A stretch of 64,000 nucleotides of DNA from Pseudonocardiales bacterium. GTDB taxonomy: Bacteria; Actinomycetota; Actinomycetes; Mycobacteriales; QHCD01. Below, piece after piece: positions 33,372 through 42,196 of the stretch. Positions within the stretch are counted from its first letter, which is position 1. Every line of letters starts with the position of its first letter. Location of the stretch: contig QHCD01000011.1 of NCBI GenBank assembly GCA_003244255.1, positions 46,043 through 110,042 of the forward strand, read 5' to 3'. Position numbers and translations under genes: made by a program. The notes under the pieces are model-generated. The model saw nothing but the letters and a program-made list of their open reading frames with translations. It had not been told where the DNA came from and did no database searches.

Positions 33372-34718
33372 ATGTTCGAGTTATCGGCGGTCCCCTGGGT
33401 CACCCAGGACACGATGCCGACCGACGCCGAGCTGGAGTCGATGTACGACGCGATGAATCCACCGGAAGCGCGGCTGCCGTTCGCCACCTTCTCGCCCGGG
33501 CGCGCCCTTCCGCCAGGCCCGTGCGCGGCGGCAACCCTCGACACGTTCGACCCTTCTGATCTCGACGACGACAGCCTGGTCGATCACATCGGGTCGTGGG
33601 AACGGCTGATCGGCTGGGCGCAGGCGAGGCAGGCCATCGCGATGGCCGAGTTTGGGCGACGTCGTCCAGCCGAGGATGGATTGCGCTGGGACAGAAAGGG
33701 ATTCGCTGCCGACGAGCTCGCACCGGCACTGCGCTGTGCACCGCAGACCGCGTCCTCGCGGCTGGCGATTGCCACCGAGGTGACGTCACGGTTCCCGGCC
33801 ACGATGAAGGCCTGGCGAGACGGCACGATCGACTCGACGAAGGTACGAGCGATCGTCGACACCATCTGCGCGTTCGACGACGATCGGGTGCTCGCGGCCG
33901 AGCAGGCGCTGTATCCGAACGCCGAGACGCAGACGGCGGGGCAGCTACGGGCGAAGCTGGCGCGGATCGCGCTCAAGCTCGATCCGAATACGGCGGAGCA
34001 GCGCAGCCGGGAAGCATATGCAGACCGCCGAGTACTGGTGACGCCGAGCAGCGACGGCATGAGCGAGCTGTGGGCGCTGCTACCCGCAGCGGGTGCGCAG
34101 CGGCTGCGTGCGACTCTGGATGCACACGCGCGGGCCAGCGCAGGCGATGGACGCAGCAGCGATCAACTCCGGGCCGATGCGCTCGTCGATCTCGCCGACA
34201 TCGCGGCGGATTCGCTGCCGCCGGCTGCGGCCCGGCAGGCGCAGGTCCAGGTCACGGTCGCGGCGACGACACTGCTCGGCCTTGACGACGATCCCGCCGA
34301 ACTCGCCGGCTACGGTCCCATCACGGCAGGGCTTGCACGCCGGATCGCCGGCGACGCCACCTGGCGCCGGTTGCTTACCGACCCCGCAACCGGTGCGCTG
34401 CTCGACTACGGCCGCACCACCTATCAGCCGCCCGCGGCCCTGGCCGATCAGGTCAGAGCCCGCGACCGGGTCTGCAGATTTCCCGGCTGCCGGCGATCCG
34501 CCCGCAGCGCAGACCTCGACCACACGGTCCGGTATCCGGACGGCCCGACTGCGGCCGGGAACCTCGCCGCTCTGTGCCGGCGCCACCATCGGCTCAAACA
34601 CGAGGGCGGCTGGCAGCTGGCCCAGAAACCCGGTGGATCGCTGCTGTGGACAACGCCCGGCGGGGGCCACACCTACCGCACCGAACCGGATCCACTCGAC
34701 GATCCGGCGCCGTTCTGA
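33372..34718 (+). CDS. DUF222 domain protein with a C-terminal HNH nuclease (REP13E12-like family)
   Basis: Starts at the ATG at 33372. DUF222-type centre (WERLIGWAQARQAIAMAEF...RLAIATEVTSRFPATMKAWRDGTID) and HNH end (CRFPGCRRSARSADLDHTVRYPDGPTAAGNLAALCRRHHRLKH). Confidence 0.88.
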   Translation: MFELSAVPWVTQDTMPTDAELESMYDAMNPPEARLPFATFSPGRALPPGPCAAATLDTFDPSDLDDDSLVDHIGSWERLIGWAQARQAIAMAEFGRRRPAEDGLRWDRKGFAADELAPALRCAPQTASSRLAIATEVTSRFPATMKAWRDGTIDSTKVRAIVDTICAFDDDRVLAAEQALYPNAETQTAGQLRAKLARIALKLDPNTAEQRSREAYADRRVLVTPSSDGMSELWALLPAAGAQRLRATLDAHARASAGDGRSSDQLRADALVDLADIAADSLPPAAARQAQVQVTVAATTLLGLDDDPAELAGYGPITAGLARRIAGDATWRRLLTDPATGALLDYGRTTYQPPAALADQVRARDRVCRFPGCRRSARSADLDHTVRYPDGPTAAGNLAALCRRHHRLKHEGGWQLAQKPGGSLLWTTPGGGHTYRTEPDPLDDPAPF

Positions 34719-34743
34719 TTCGCCGACCTACTTGCGGTAGTGC

Positions 34744-34989
34744 CTACTGGCGGTAGTGCTCCACCTCGTCGGGTGGGCGCATCTTCGCGTCGTCCGGGTT
34801 GTCCCCGAACTCCTCGCGCGCCCGGCGCTGGCGGAGCAGATCCCACGTCTGGTCCAGCCGGACCTGCAGCCGCGACAGCTCGGCTCGACCCTCGTCGTCG
34901 AGCCCGCCCGCGGCGCCGGCCTTCTCCCGCAGTTCGCGCTCCCGGGCGACCAGCTCGCCGATGCGACCCGTCAGCTGCTCGTCGTCCAC
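34744..34989 (-). CDS. DUF2630-family small protein
   Basis: 81 aa: LSRLQVRLDQTWDLLRQRRAREEFGDNPDDAKMRPPDEVEHYRQ. Confidence 0.8.
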   Translation of the reverse strand: MDDEQLTGRIGELVARERELREKAGAAGGLDDEGRAELSRLQVRLDQTWDLLRQRRAREEFGDNPDDAKMRPPDEVEHYRQ

Positions 34990-35024
34990 CGCTTGACCTC
35001 CTCAAACTTCCCTTGTAGGGCAGG

Positions 35025-35786
35025 CTATTTGGGCGCCATTCGCAGGGCGCCGTCGAGTCGCAGGGTGGCGCCGTTCAGCATCGGGTTGTCGATGATGTGC
35101 GCAACCAGCGACGCGTACTCCTCGGGGCGGCCGAGCCGGCTCGGGTGCGGCACCTGCTGGCCCAGCGCGGCCTGCACCTCCTCGGTGAACCCGGCCATCA
35201 TCGGCGTCGCGAACAGGCCGGGCGCGATGGCCACGACCCGGATCGCCCGGCCGGCGAGGTCGCGCGCGGCGGTGAAGGCGAGCGAGGCGACGCCGCCCTT
35301 CGACGCGGCGTAGGCGGCCTGCCCGATCTGCCCCTCGAACGCCGCCACAGACGACGTGCACACGATCACGCCGCGCTCCTCACCGATCGGCTCCAGCGCG
35401 CTCATCCGCTGCGCGGCAAGGCGTAGCACGTTGAAGGTGCCGACCAGGTTGATGTCGATGACGGTGCGGAACGACTCCAGCGGCAGCGGTCCGTTCCGGC
35501 CGATCACCCGGCCCGCCGTCGCCACGCCAGCGCAGTTGACCAGCACCCTGATCTGGCCCAGTCCCGCCGCGGCGTCGAGCGCCGCGGACACCTGCGCCTC
35601 ATCGCGAACATCGGCGGGGGTGAAGACAGCGGCGTCGCCGAGCTCGGCCGCGGCCTCGGCGCCGGGCTGGCCCGGCAGGTCGAGAAGGGCGACGCGCGCG
35701 CCAGCCTGCACCAGCCGGCCGGCGGTGGCCCGGCCCAGGCCGGAGGCTCCCCCGGTGATCACGGCGACCACGCCGTCGAGCTGCAT
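35025..35786 (-). CDS. SDR-family 3-hydroxyacyl-CoA dehydrogenase (type II HADH-like)
   Basis: Starts at the ATG at 35786 after a GGAGGAG. Motifs: VAVITGGASGLGRATA, NCAGVA, YAASKGGVASL. The upstream 104 codons of ORF 35025..36098 are read-through across orn. Confidence 0.9.
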   Translation of the reverse strand: MQLDGVVAVITGGASGLGRATAGRLVQAGARVALLDLPGQPGAEAAAELGDAAVFTPADVRDEAQVSAALDAAAGLGQIRVLVNCAGVATAGRVIGRNGPLPLESFRTVIDINLVGTFNVLRLAAQRMSALEPIGEERGVIVCTSSVAAFEGQIGQAAYAASKGGVASLAFTAARDLAGRAIRVVAIAPGLFATPMMAGFTEEVQAALGQQVPHPSRLGRPEEYASLVAHIIDNPMLNGATLRLDGALRMAPK

Positions 35787-35909
35787 CCAGCTCCTCCATC
35801 CATCGGCCTCAGCGAGCCGCATCAGCCCGGCAACCTCAGCGAGCCCGGCGAACCTCAGCGAGCCTAGTACGGCGTCGGTAGTGCCAGCCGCGCTGTTAGG
35901 GTGCCTGCC

Positions 35910-36536
35910 GTGAGCGAACGGCTGGTGTGGATCGACTGCGAGATGACCGGACTCGACCTCCAGCGCGACGCTCTGATCGAGATCGCCGCGCTGGTGACCG
36001 AGCCCGACCTCACCGTCCTGGGCGACGGCGTCGACGTCGTGATCCACGCCGACGACGACCTGCTCGACGGCATGGTCGACGTCGTCCGCGAGATGCATGC
36101 GAAGTCTGGGCTCACCGACGCCGTCAGGGCATCGACCGTCACACCGGCCGACGCCGAACGGGCAGTGCTCGACTACGTGCGGACGTGGGTGCCCGAGGCC
36201 CGGTCAGCGCCGCTCGCGGGCAACTCCGTCGCCACCGACCGTGGGTTCATCACCCGCGACATGAGAGCGCTCGACAACCATCTGCACTACCGGATGGTCG
36301 ACGTGTCGTCGATCAAGGAGCTGGCCCGGCGCTGGTACCCGCGGGTGTACTTCGCGCAGCCACCGAAGGGGCTGGCACACCGGGCGCTGGCCGACATCCG
36401 GGAGAGCATCATCGAGCTGCGGTACTACCGCGACGCCGTGTTCGTCCCGCAACCCGGACCGAGCAGCGACGACGCGCGGGCCATCGCCGTTGCACTCGGC
36501 GCTGCTCCCCCACCCCGCGAGCCACCGGCCGACTGA
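35910..36536 (+). CDS. orn: Oligoribonuclease
   Basis: [30 protein letters not shown]...HAKSGL...[13 protein letters not shown]...[13 protein letters not shown]...[14 protein letters not shown] 35910 is preferred over GTG 35901. Confidence 0.94.
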   Translation: MSERLVWIDCEMTGLDLQRDALIEIAALVTEPDLTVLGDGVDVVIHADDDLLDGMVDVVREMHAKSGLTDAVRASTVTPADAERAVLDYVRTWVPEARSAPLAGNSVATDRGFITRDMRALDNHLHYRMVDVSSIKELARRWYPRVYFAQPPKGLAHRALADIRESIIELRYYRDAVFVPQPGPSSDDARAIAVALGAAPPPREPPAD

Positions 36537-36579
36537 GCGGCTCCGCTATCATCAACCGGCGCCGTCACCGCACGGCCGT

Positions 36580-36653
36580 GGTGGGTGTAGCTCAGCTGGT
36601 AGAGCACCTGGTTGTGGTCCAGGGGGTCGTGGGTTCGAGCCCCATCACTCACC
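36580..36653 (+). tRNA. tRNA-His (anticodon GTG, with encoded G-1)
   Basis: G-1 plus acceptor stem GTGGGTG/CACTCAC, D arm GCTC-AGCTGGTA-GAGC, anticodon loop TTGTGGT, T arm GTGGG-TTCGAGC-CCCAT. Confidence 0.9.
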
Positions 36654-36707
36654 CGAAGCGAGGATGGCCGGCTGCTATCCTCGCCCAGCCGCGTTCCGCG
36701 CGGCCCG

Positions 36708-36783
<76 letters not shown>

Positions 36784-37137
36784 ATCTTCTGTACTAGTTC
36801 GCCTGATGCTTGACAGATCGCTCAACTGCCCGAGCGCGCTAGGACGTCGAGAGACAAGACGCACACTTCGTTCTCAGCTGGCAATCATCGTCCACGGGCC
36901 GGTCGCGGTCACCACGTCGCCTCAGATTTGCTGGCGGCAATGGCGAACACCAGGTCTCCGTCGCCGTGCAACGTGCCGACCGGCGGCCCCGAGCCCATGG
37001 CCACATCGTGGCGAGCCCCGGCCAGATCAGCGATGGCGTGACGACGAACCCCGGCCGCGCTGACGGCGAGCAGGCGGCTGAGCGGACCTCGCGGCAGGAC
37101 GGGATGACGGGCAACTGACGAGCGCACGGTTAGGGTC

Positions 37138-37998
37138 TTGGCTGTGACCGACCTGAGCCCGGCGCGGATCCACCGAGCGCTCGAGCCGCTGCACGCTCTC
37201 GGCTACTTCGCACCGGAAAGCGACGAGGCGCTGACGGCGACGGGCCTGCGACCCGGCCGGATGACCTACTTCGCCGGCCGGGCCGGCGTCATGGGCTCGG
37301 TCGGCCCCGCCGTCGTGACGGCCACGTTCTACAACTTCAGCCCGGACCTGGTCGACCGGTACATCCCGCGGGCGTGGACGCTCGCCGATCCGGCCGCGCT
37401 CTACCCGGCCCGGTTGCGCGCCGCCGGCCAGGCGCTGCGCCGGCTGCTCGGCGACGACGTCGCGGCATCAGAGCAGATCGAGATGGCCGCGACACTCGCG
37501 CGCACGGCGACCGAGGCGGCGCGTCCGGAGGGCCGGCCGCTGTTCGCCGCCTACGCCGACGTCGACTGGCCGACGACGCCGCTGCTGACGCTCTGGCATG
37601 CGATCACCCTGCTGCGCGAGCATCGCGGCGACGGTCACGTCGCTGCGCTGGTCGGACACGACCTCTCCGGCGTCGAGGCGATCATCACGCACACGGCGAC
37701 CGGCTACGGCTTCACCGAGCCGGCCGCGAAGAAGCTCCGCGGCTGGTCCGAGGAGCAGTGGGCCGCCGCGGCCGACGGCCTGCGCGATCGCCGGATCCTC
37801 GACGCCGCAGGCGATCTGACCGAGGCGGGACGTGCACTTCGCGCCGATGTCGAACGTGCTACCGATGCGATGGCGGCCGCGCCGTGGCGACACCTGGGCG
37901 CGGAGCGGTCGGAGCGGCTGACTGACATCACCAAGCCGCTGTGCCGCGCCGTCGCCGGGGCCGGCGCATTCCCGGCCGGCGTGTTCGCGCGCGGCTGA
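37138..37998 (+). CDS. Conserved actinobacterial hypothetical protein (SCO6745-like, helical)
   Basis: 286-aa ORF with coding-like composition (HALGYFAPESDEALTATGLRPGRMTYFAGRAGVMG...LWHAITLLREHRGDGHVAAL). Starts at TTG 37138 or GTG 37144. Confidence 0.7.
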   Translation: MAVTDLSPARIHRALEPLHALGYFAPESDEALTATGLRPGRMTYFAGRAGVMGSVGPAVVTATFYNFSPDLVDRYIPRAWTLADPAALYPARLRAAGQALRRLLGDDVAASEQIEMAATLARTATEAARPEGRPLFAAYADVDWPTTPLLTLWHAITLLREHRGDGHVAALVGHDLSGVEAIITHTATGYGFTEPAAKKLRGWSEEQWAAAADGLRDRRILDAAGDLTEAGRALRADVERATDAMAAAPWRHLGAERSERLTDITKPLCRAVAGAGAFPAGVFARG

Positions 37999-38016
37999 CC
38001 CGTTACCGTTGAGCCG

Positions 38017-38391
38017 ATGAACGAGGACAGAGCCCGCCGCGTCGTTGACGTGCTGCGCGAACGCGGCGTCGATGCCCAGATGGCGAAGGCGGGCGTGTAC
38101 CAGTTCGGCATCCGCATCGCGCTGGGCGACGGACGCGAAGCCATCTGGGACACCGACGGGTCGGCCGGCCTGGAGGCCCAGGTGATGCGCGACGGCATGC
38201 TGGTCGGCTTCGTCCCGTCGATCGAGGGTTCGGAAGACTTCGACGACGCTGGCGTCATCGACGCCATCGCCCGCACCGGCTACGACCAGCCGATCGCGAC
38301 GCGGCGCCCCGCGGCCCCGCCGCCGGCCCCGCCACTCCCCCGCCAGGGCGGCGTGTTCCGCCGGTTCCTCGACGGCTTCCGGTACCGCTGA
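38017..38391 (+). CDS. Hypothetical protein
   Basis: 124-aa ATG-initiated ORF with a non-shadow composition (MNEDRARRVVDVLRERGVDAQMAKAGVYQFGIRIALGDGREAIWDTDG). I recognise no motif. Confidence 0.6.
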   Translation: MNEDRARRVVDVLRERGVDAQMAKAGVYQFGIRIALGDGREAIWDTDGSAGLEAQVMRDGMLVGFVPSIEGSEDFDDAGVIDAIARTGYDQPIATRRPAAPPPAPPLPRQGGVFRRFLDGFRYR

Positions 38392-38422
38392 CCCCAGCCG
38401 GTCGCCCGCCGGCTTGTGGGCC

Positions 38423-38466
38423 AGTGGTGCCGGTCGTCACCACTAGTGGTGCCGGTCGTCACAACT
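38423..38466. terminator. Two tandem 22-nt hairpin units between convergent genes (candidate bidirectional terminator)
   Basis: Unit 1 (38423-38444) is AGTGGTG-ccggtcgt-CACCACT. Unit 2 (38445-38466) is AGTGGTG-ccggtcgt-CACAACT. Each unit is a 7-bp stem with an 8-nt loop. There is no U-tract. Confidence 0.4.
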
Positions 38467-38908
38467 AGGCGCCGGCGACGACACTTCCGCCGTCGACGTG
38501 CACGGCGATTTTCGGCAGCGGCCGCGGCGCCGGACCGTGCAGCACGGCACCGGTCGTCGCGCTGTACTTGGAGCCGTGGCAGGGGCAGTGCAGCTCCTTG
38601 CCGGCGGCCTTGACGGTGCAGCCCATGTGTGTGCACTTCGCGCTGAACGCAGCGGCGGCTCCCCGAGTCGGCTGCGCGACCACGACGGCCGAGTCGCCGT
38701 CCTTGACCACGATCCCCTCGCCGACCGGTATCGCCGACAGGCTGGCCAGCCGAGTCCCCGATCCGGATCCAGCAGTCGACGGTGGCCCGGCGGAACCCGT
38801 CGGTCCACCAGCCGGCTTCGAGCTCGCGCCGCAGCCGGCGACGACGATCGCGCCCGCGCCGGCCGCACCGACCGCGAGCGCACCGCGCCGAGATATCTCG
38901 GTGTCCAT
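38465..38908 (-). CDS. Rieske [2Fe-2S] protein with a Tat-type signal and lipobox
   Basis: N-terminus MDTEISRRGALAVGAAGAGAIVVAGC (RR motif plus VAGC lipobox). Rieske motifs CTHMGC and CPCHGS. Confidence 0.9.
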   Translation of the reverse strand: MDTEISRRGALAVGAAGAGAIVVAGCGASSKPAGGPTGSAGPPSTAGSGSGTRLASLSAIPVGEGIVVKDGDSAVVVAQPTRGAAAAFSAKCTHMGCTVKAAGKELHCPCHGSKYSATTGAVLHGPAPRPLPKIAVHVDGGSVVAGA

Positions 38909-38990
38909 CCGACCTCCTAGTGTCTCGCTTCAGACCCGGTTCGACGAGGCCTACGGCGGTCGGGCGCGGATCGTTCAGCATCCCTCGAAG

Positions 38991-39018
38991 TGAACCGATC
39001 GCGGCGTTCGGCCGTGCG
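38991..39018 (+). promoter_or_regulatory. Candidate ECF-type promoter (TGAACC-N16-CGTGCG)
   Basis: It lies 43 nt upstream of the ATG at 39061, which heads the membrane protein / ECF sigma / anti-sigma gene string. The AAC -35 and CGT -10 elements with 16-nt spacing fit ECF promoters in general. Confidence 0.4.
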
Positions 39019-39060
39019 TTGATGTGACGGGCCCCGAATCGACGCGGTAGGGAGCGCATC

Positions 39061-39513
39061 ATGGGTGAGACACGGCACGATGGACGACGTGCGATCACGT
39101 CCGTGGCAACCGGTCTCGCGGTGGCTGCCGTGCTGCTCTCCGCCGACGTCCACATCAACCTCTGATTCGACGGCTTCCGCGATATCGCCACCATCGGACC
39201 GCTGTTCCTGCTCAACGCCGTCGGCGGCATCGTGATCGGAGTCGTGGCATCCGTGTGGCGGCACTGGCTGGCGATGCTGGCGTGTGTCGGGTTCGGCGCC
39301 GCCACGCTCGCGGCGTTCTATCTCTCGGTGACGGTCGGCCTGTTCGGGCTGCACGAGACGGCCGCCGGCACGCCGCAGATCCTGGCCGAAGCCTCCGAAT
39401 GGACGGCGGTCGTCGCCGGCGGACTGGCATTCGCGTTCGGTCCACGACCGGCACGGCTGACGTTCCGGCGCGAGGACGTCGCCGTGTCGAACCGTTCTGG
39501 GGTTCTCTCCTGA
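39061..39513 (+). pseudogene. Small polytopic membrane protein interrupted by a single in-frame TGA
   Basis: The ATG at 39061 follows a GGGAG. The frame reads ...LLSADVHINL-TGA(39163-39165)-FDGFRDIATIGPLFLLNAVGGIVIG..., which is the same frame as ORF 39232..39513. Confidence 0.55.
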
Positions 39514-39538
39514 CGAGCGACCGGCCGACGAGGCGGAC

Positions 39539-40060
39539 ATGTCCACTGTGACGACGCCCGACGCCGAGCTGATGCAGCGGTTGCACGACGAGCACGCGAG
39601 CGCGCTGTGGTCGTTCGTGCTGCGGCTCACCAACGGCGATCGCGCCCGCGCCGACGACATCACCCAGGAGACACTGCTACGGGCCTGGCGCAACCTAGAC
39701 GCCCTGGAGCCCTCCCGCGGATCTCCTCGCACCTGGCTGTTCACCGTTGCCCGCCGCATCGCGATCGACGAGTGGCGGGCCCGGCGCATCCGGCCGGAGT
39801 TCTCCACCGACGTCCTGCCGGAGCGGCCATCGACCACGGACGACACCGACGGCATCCTGCAGACCTGGCTGGTCGCGGATGCGCTCTCGCGGCTGTCGGA
39901 GGATCATCGGGCCGCGTTGGTCTGCTGCTACTACGAAGGACGATCGGTGCGGGACGCCGCATCGATGCTCGGAATCCCCGAGGGGACGGTCAAGTCACGG
40001 CTGCACTACGGCTTGCGCGGCCTGAAGCTCGCGCTCGATGAGATGGGGGTGAACGGATGA
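39539..40060 (+). CDS. ECF (group IV) RNA polymerase sigma factor
   Basis: Region 2 (DDITQETLLRAWRNL...WLFTVARRIAIDEWR) and region 4 (CCYYEGRSVRDAASMLGIPEGTVKSRLHYGLRGL). Its stop overlaps the next start. Confidence 0.93.
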   Translation: MSTVTTPDAELMQRLHDEHASALWSFVLRLTNGDRARADDITQETLLRAWRNLDALEPSRGSPRTWLFTVARRIAIDEWRARRIRPEFSTDVLPERPSTTDDTDGILQTWLVADALSRLSEDHRAALVCCYYEGRSVRDAASMLGIPEGTVKSRLHYGLRGLKLALDEMGVNG

Positions 40061-40737
40061 CGGCTCATGACGACGGCGGCCGATACGACGATCCGTTCGC
40101 CGACTCGGATGCCGCGTACGTGCTCGGTGCGCTCTCGGCGTCGGACCGCCAGCGCTACGAGCAGCACTTGCGCGAGTGCGCGCGCTGCGCGTCGTCCGTG
40201 CGCGATCTGGCCGGGATGCCAGGGCTGCTCGGCCGCGTCCACACCGACGACGTCCGCGCCGTACCCGAGCCGCCACCCGCGACACAGCTGCCGCAACTGC
40301 TCGCCGCGGTGGCCAGGGAGCGCCGTCGGGGCCGGCGGCTGACCACGGTCCTGGTCGGGTCGGTGGCCGCGTGCCTGCTCGCGCTGGCCACCGCGCTCGT
40401 GGTTCCCGCCCTAACTGGCGACCGGACCGCAGGTGCAGCCGCCGTCGCGATGACGGCCGCGCCGAGCGCGCCGATCCGGGCGACCGCGCAGTTCTCCTCG
40501 TCCGCCTGGGGCACCCGCATCCGGCTCCGCTGCACCTACGACGGACCGTATCCCGCCGACACCTACGAGTTCGTCGTCAAAGGCCGTGACGGGGCGCGGC
40601 AGCAGATCGCAACCTGGAACGGCGCGCCCACGGGCACCATCACGGTCGACGCCACGACGAGCTTCGCCGAAACCGACATCGCCTCGCTGCTGGTGCAGAC
40701 CCACGCCGGCCGGCCGGTGCTGCGACTCGACCGCTGA
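40057..40737 (+). CDS. Zinc-binding (ZAS, HxxxCxxC) anti-sigma factor with one TM helix
   Basis: HLRECARCASSV motif, TM helix LTTVLVGSVAACLLALATALVV, and an extracytoplasmic C-terminal domain. It is translationally coupled to the sigma gene. Confidence 0.85.
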   Translation: MTAHDDGGRYDDPFADSDAAYVLGALSASDRQRYEQHLRECARCASSVRDLAGMPGLLGRVHTDDVRAVPEPPPATQLPQLLAAVARERRRGRRLTTVLVGSVAACLLALATALVVPALTGDRTAGAAAVAMTAAPSAPIRATAQFSSSAWGTRIRLRCTYDGPYPADTYEFVVKGRDGARQQIATWNGAPTGTITVDATTSFAETDIASLLVQTHAGRPVLRLDR

Positions 40738-40766
40738 GCTGAGCTCCCGGGACTGCTGCCGATCGA

Positions 40767-40795
40767 GGAAACCGTGCGGCCAATCACGCCGTAAG
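40767..40795 (+). promoter_or_regulatory. Second candidate ECF-type promoter (GGAAACC-N16-CGTAAG)
   Basis: It lies 45 nt upstream of GTG 40840 (RBS GGAGGAG). It shares AACC-N16-CGT with the site at 38991. Confidence 0.35.
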
Positions 40796-40839
40796 ACGTT
40801 TGTGAGGAACATTTCGCCGGCGCGGAGGAGAATGAGGAC

Positions 40840-41547
40840 GTGAGCGACGGTGCGCCGGTCGGGCGCCGTGTCCTGCTGGGCATGGTGGGCCTCGGCGCGC
40901 TCGGTGTCGTCTTCGGCCCGTCGCTGCAGGACGCCGAGCAGCGGCTGCTCGCGCCGGTGCAGAACCACGACCCGACCGGGCTGTCCGGCCTGGTGCCAGA
41001 CGGCGGCGGCTTCCGGTTCTACTCGGTGACGGCGAGCGTGCCGAACCGCACGGTCGAGGACTACCGGCTCACCATCGGCGGCCTGGTCGACCACCCGGCC
41101 ACGCTGCGGATCGCCGACCTCGCCGCCATGCGGCAGACCACCCTGGTGCGCGACTTCCAGTGCGTCACCGGCTGGCGGGTGCCGAAGGTGCACTGGTCCG
41201 GTGTGGCGCTGGCCGACCTTCTCGACGCCGTCGGCGTCAAACCGTCGGCCAAGGCGGTGCAGTTCAGCTCCTTTGACGGCGCCTACACCGAGAGCCTGAG
41301 CCTCGCGCAGGCCCGCCGCCGCGACATCCTCGTCGCCACCGGGATGCTCGGCCAGCCGGTGACGCACGACCACGGCGGACCGGTGCGGCTCTATGTCGCC
41401 CCGATGTACGGCTACAAGAGCTGCAAGTGGCTCGGCGGCATCACCCTGGCAGGCCAGGTGACTCCCGGCTTCTGGGAGGACCAGGGCTACGACGTCGATG
41501 CGTGGGTCGGCAGGTCCAACGGGCGCGACGATGCGACCACGTCCTGA
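40840..41547 (+). CDS. Molybdopterin-dependent oxidoreductase (sulfite oxidase / MsrP-YedY fold)
   Basis: Tat-like N-terminus (GRRVLLGMVGLGALG), then YRLTIGGLVDHPATL...DFQCVTGWRVPKVHWSGV...HGGPVRLYVAPMYGYKSCKWL. Confidence 0.88.
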   Translation: MSDGAPVGRRVLLGMVGLGALGVVFGPSLQDAEQRLLAPVQNHDPTGLSGLVPDGGGFRFYSVTASVPNRTVEDYRLTIGGLVDHPATLRIADLAAMRQTTLVRDFQCVTGWRVPKVHWSGVALADLLDAVGVKPSAKAVQFSSFDGAYTESLSLAQARRRDILVATGMLGQPVTHDHGGPVRLYVAPMYGYKSCKWLGGITLAGQVTPGFWEDQGYDVDAWVGRSNGRDDATTS

Positions 41548-42196
41548 GACCAGGCGCCGGGCCGCGCCGGGTCAGCTGCTGCGCGCCACCCTGACCGAGC
41601 GCTGGGTGCACCGCAGCTTCGGCCTGCTGATGGGCGTGTGCATCGCCACCGCCGCGATCCTCTACATCGGACCGTTGTCGATCGCCGTCGGACGGAGGTC
41701 GACGGTCGAGTGGGTCCACGTGATCTCGGGCGCCGCCCTGCCGCTGCCGATCCTGATCGGGCTCGCGTCGCGGGCGTTCCGTGCCGATCTGCGGCGGCTG
41801 AACCGCTTCTCGCCCGTCGACTGGGAGTGGCTGCGCAGCAAGAACCGCCGGTCCGGCCGGCTGCCGGTGGGCAAGTTCAACGCGGGGCAGAAACTGAACG
41901 CGTCGTTCGTCACCGGCGCCACGCTGGTGATGCTCGGCACCGGCCTGATCATGCGCTTCGCCAACGCCTGGCCGGTGCGCTGGCGGACCGGGGCCACCTT
42001 CGTCCACGACTGGATCGCCTACGCCATCGGCATCGTCATCATCGGTCACCTGTTCTTCGCCACCCGCGACCCAGAGGCGCGTCAGGGGATGCGCACCGGC
42101 GCCGTGCCCGAGGCATGGGCGCGGCGCGAACACCGCGGCTGGGCCGAGGAGCAGGTGGCCGCTGAGGCGGCAGACGACGCGTCGCCACCGGGCTGA
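41531..42196 (+). CDS. Membrane b-type cytochrome (PF01292-like) partner of the Mo-enzyme
   Basis: Starts at the ATG at 41531, overlapping the upstream gene. Four TM helices carry conserved His (ERWVHRSFGLLM, WVHVISGAAL, FNAGQKLNASF, FVHDWIAYAIGIVIIGHLFF). Confidence 0.8.
   Translation: MRPRPETRRRAAPGQLLRATLTERWVHRSFGLLMGVCIATAAILYIGPLSIAVGRRSTVEWVHVISGAALPLPILIGLASRAFRADLRRLNRFSPVDWEWLRSKNRRSGRLPVGKFNAGQKLNASFVTGATLVMLGTGLIMRFANAWPVRWRTGATFVHDWIAYAIGIVIIGHLFFATRDPEARQGMRTGAVPEAWARREHRGWAEEQVAAEAADDASPPG

Noticed and set aside
35025-36098. The 357-aa version of the SDR gene
   Set aside because: The N-terminal 104 codons run antisense through the orn start and lack SDR features. ATG 35786, with a GGAGGAG RBS, gives the canonical TGGxxGxG N-terminus.
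36909-37127. 72-aa minus-strand ORF just after tRNA-Lys (ends ...GTLHGDGDLVFAIAASKSEATW)
   Set aside because: It faintly resembles a PPOX-type beta-barrel fragment, but it is short, has no RBS or motif I can defend, and lies in the low-GC gap. I left it unannotated.
39163-39165. In-frame TGA as a selenocysteine or programmed recoding site
   Set aside because: There is no obvious SECIS-like hairpin immediately downstream. The context is a hydrophobic membrane segment where Trp is expected, and TGG to TGA is a one-step mutation. A nonsense mutation or base-call error is more parsimonious.
36784-42081. Calling the whole tRNA-Lys to NRPS interval a mobile genomic island
   Set aside because: The window contains no integrase, transposase, att-like repeat or plasmid/phage genes. 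Only the synteny break and a local GC dip support the idea, so it is reported as a low-interest hypothesis rather than a mobile_element feature.
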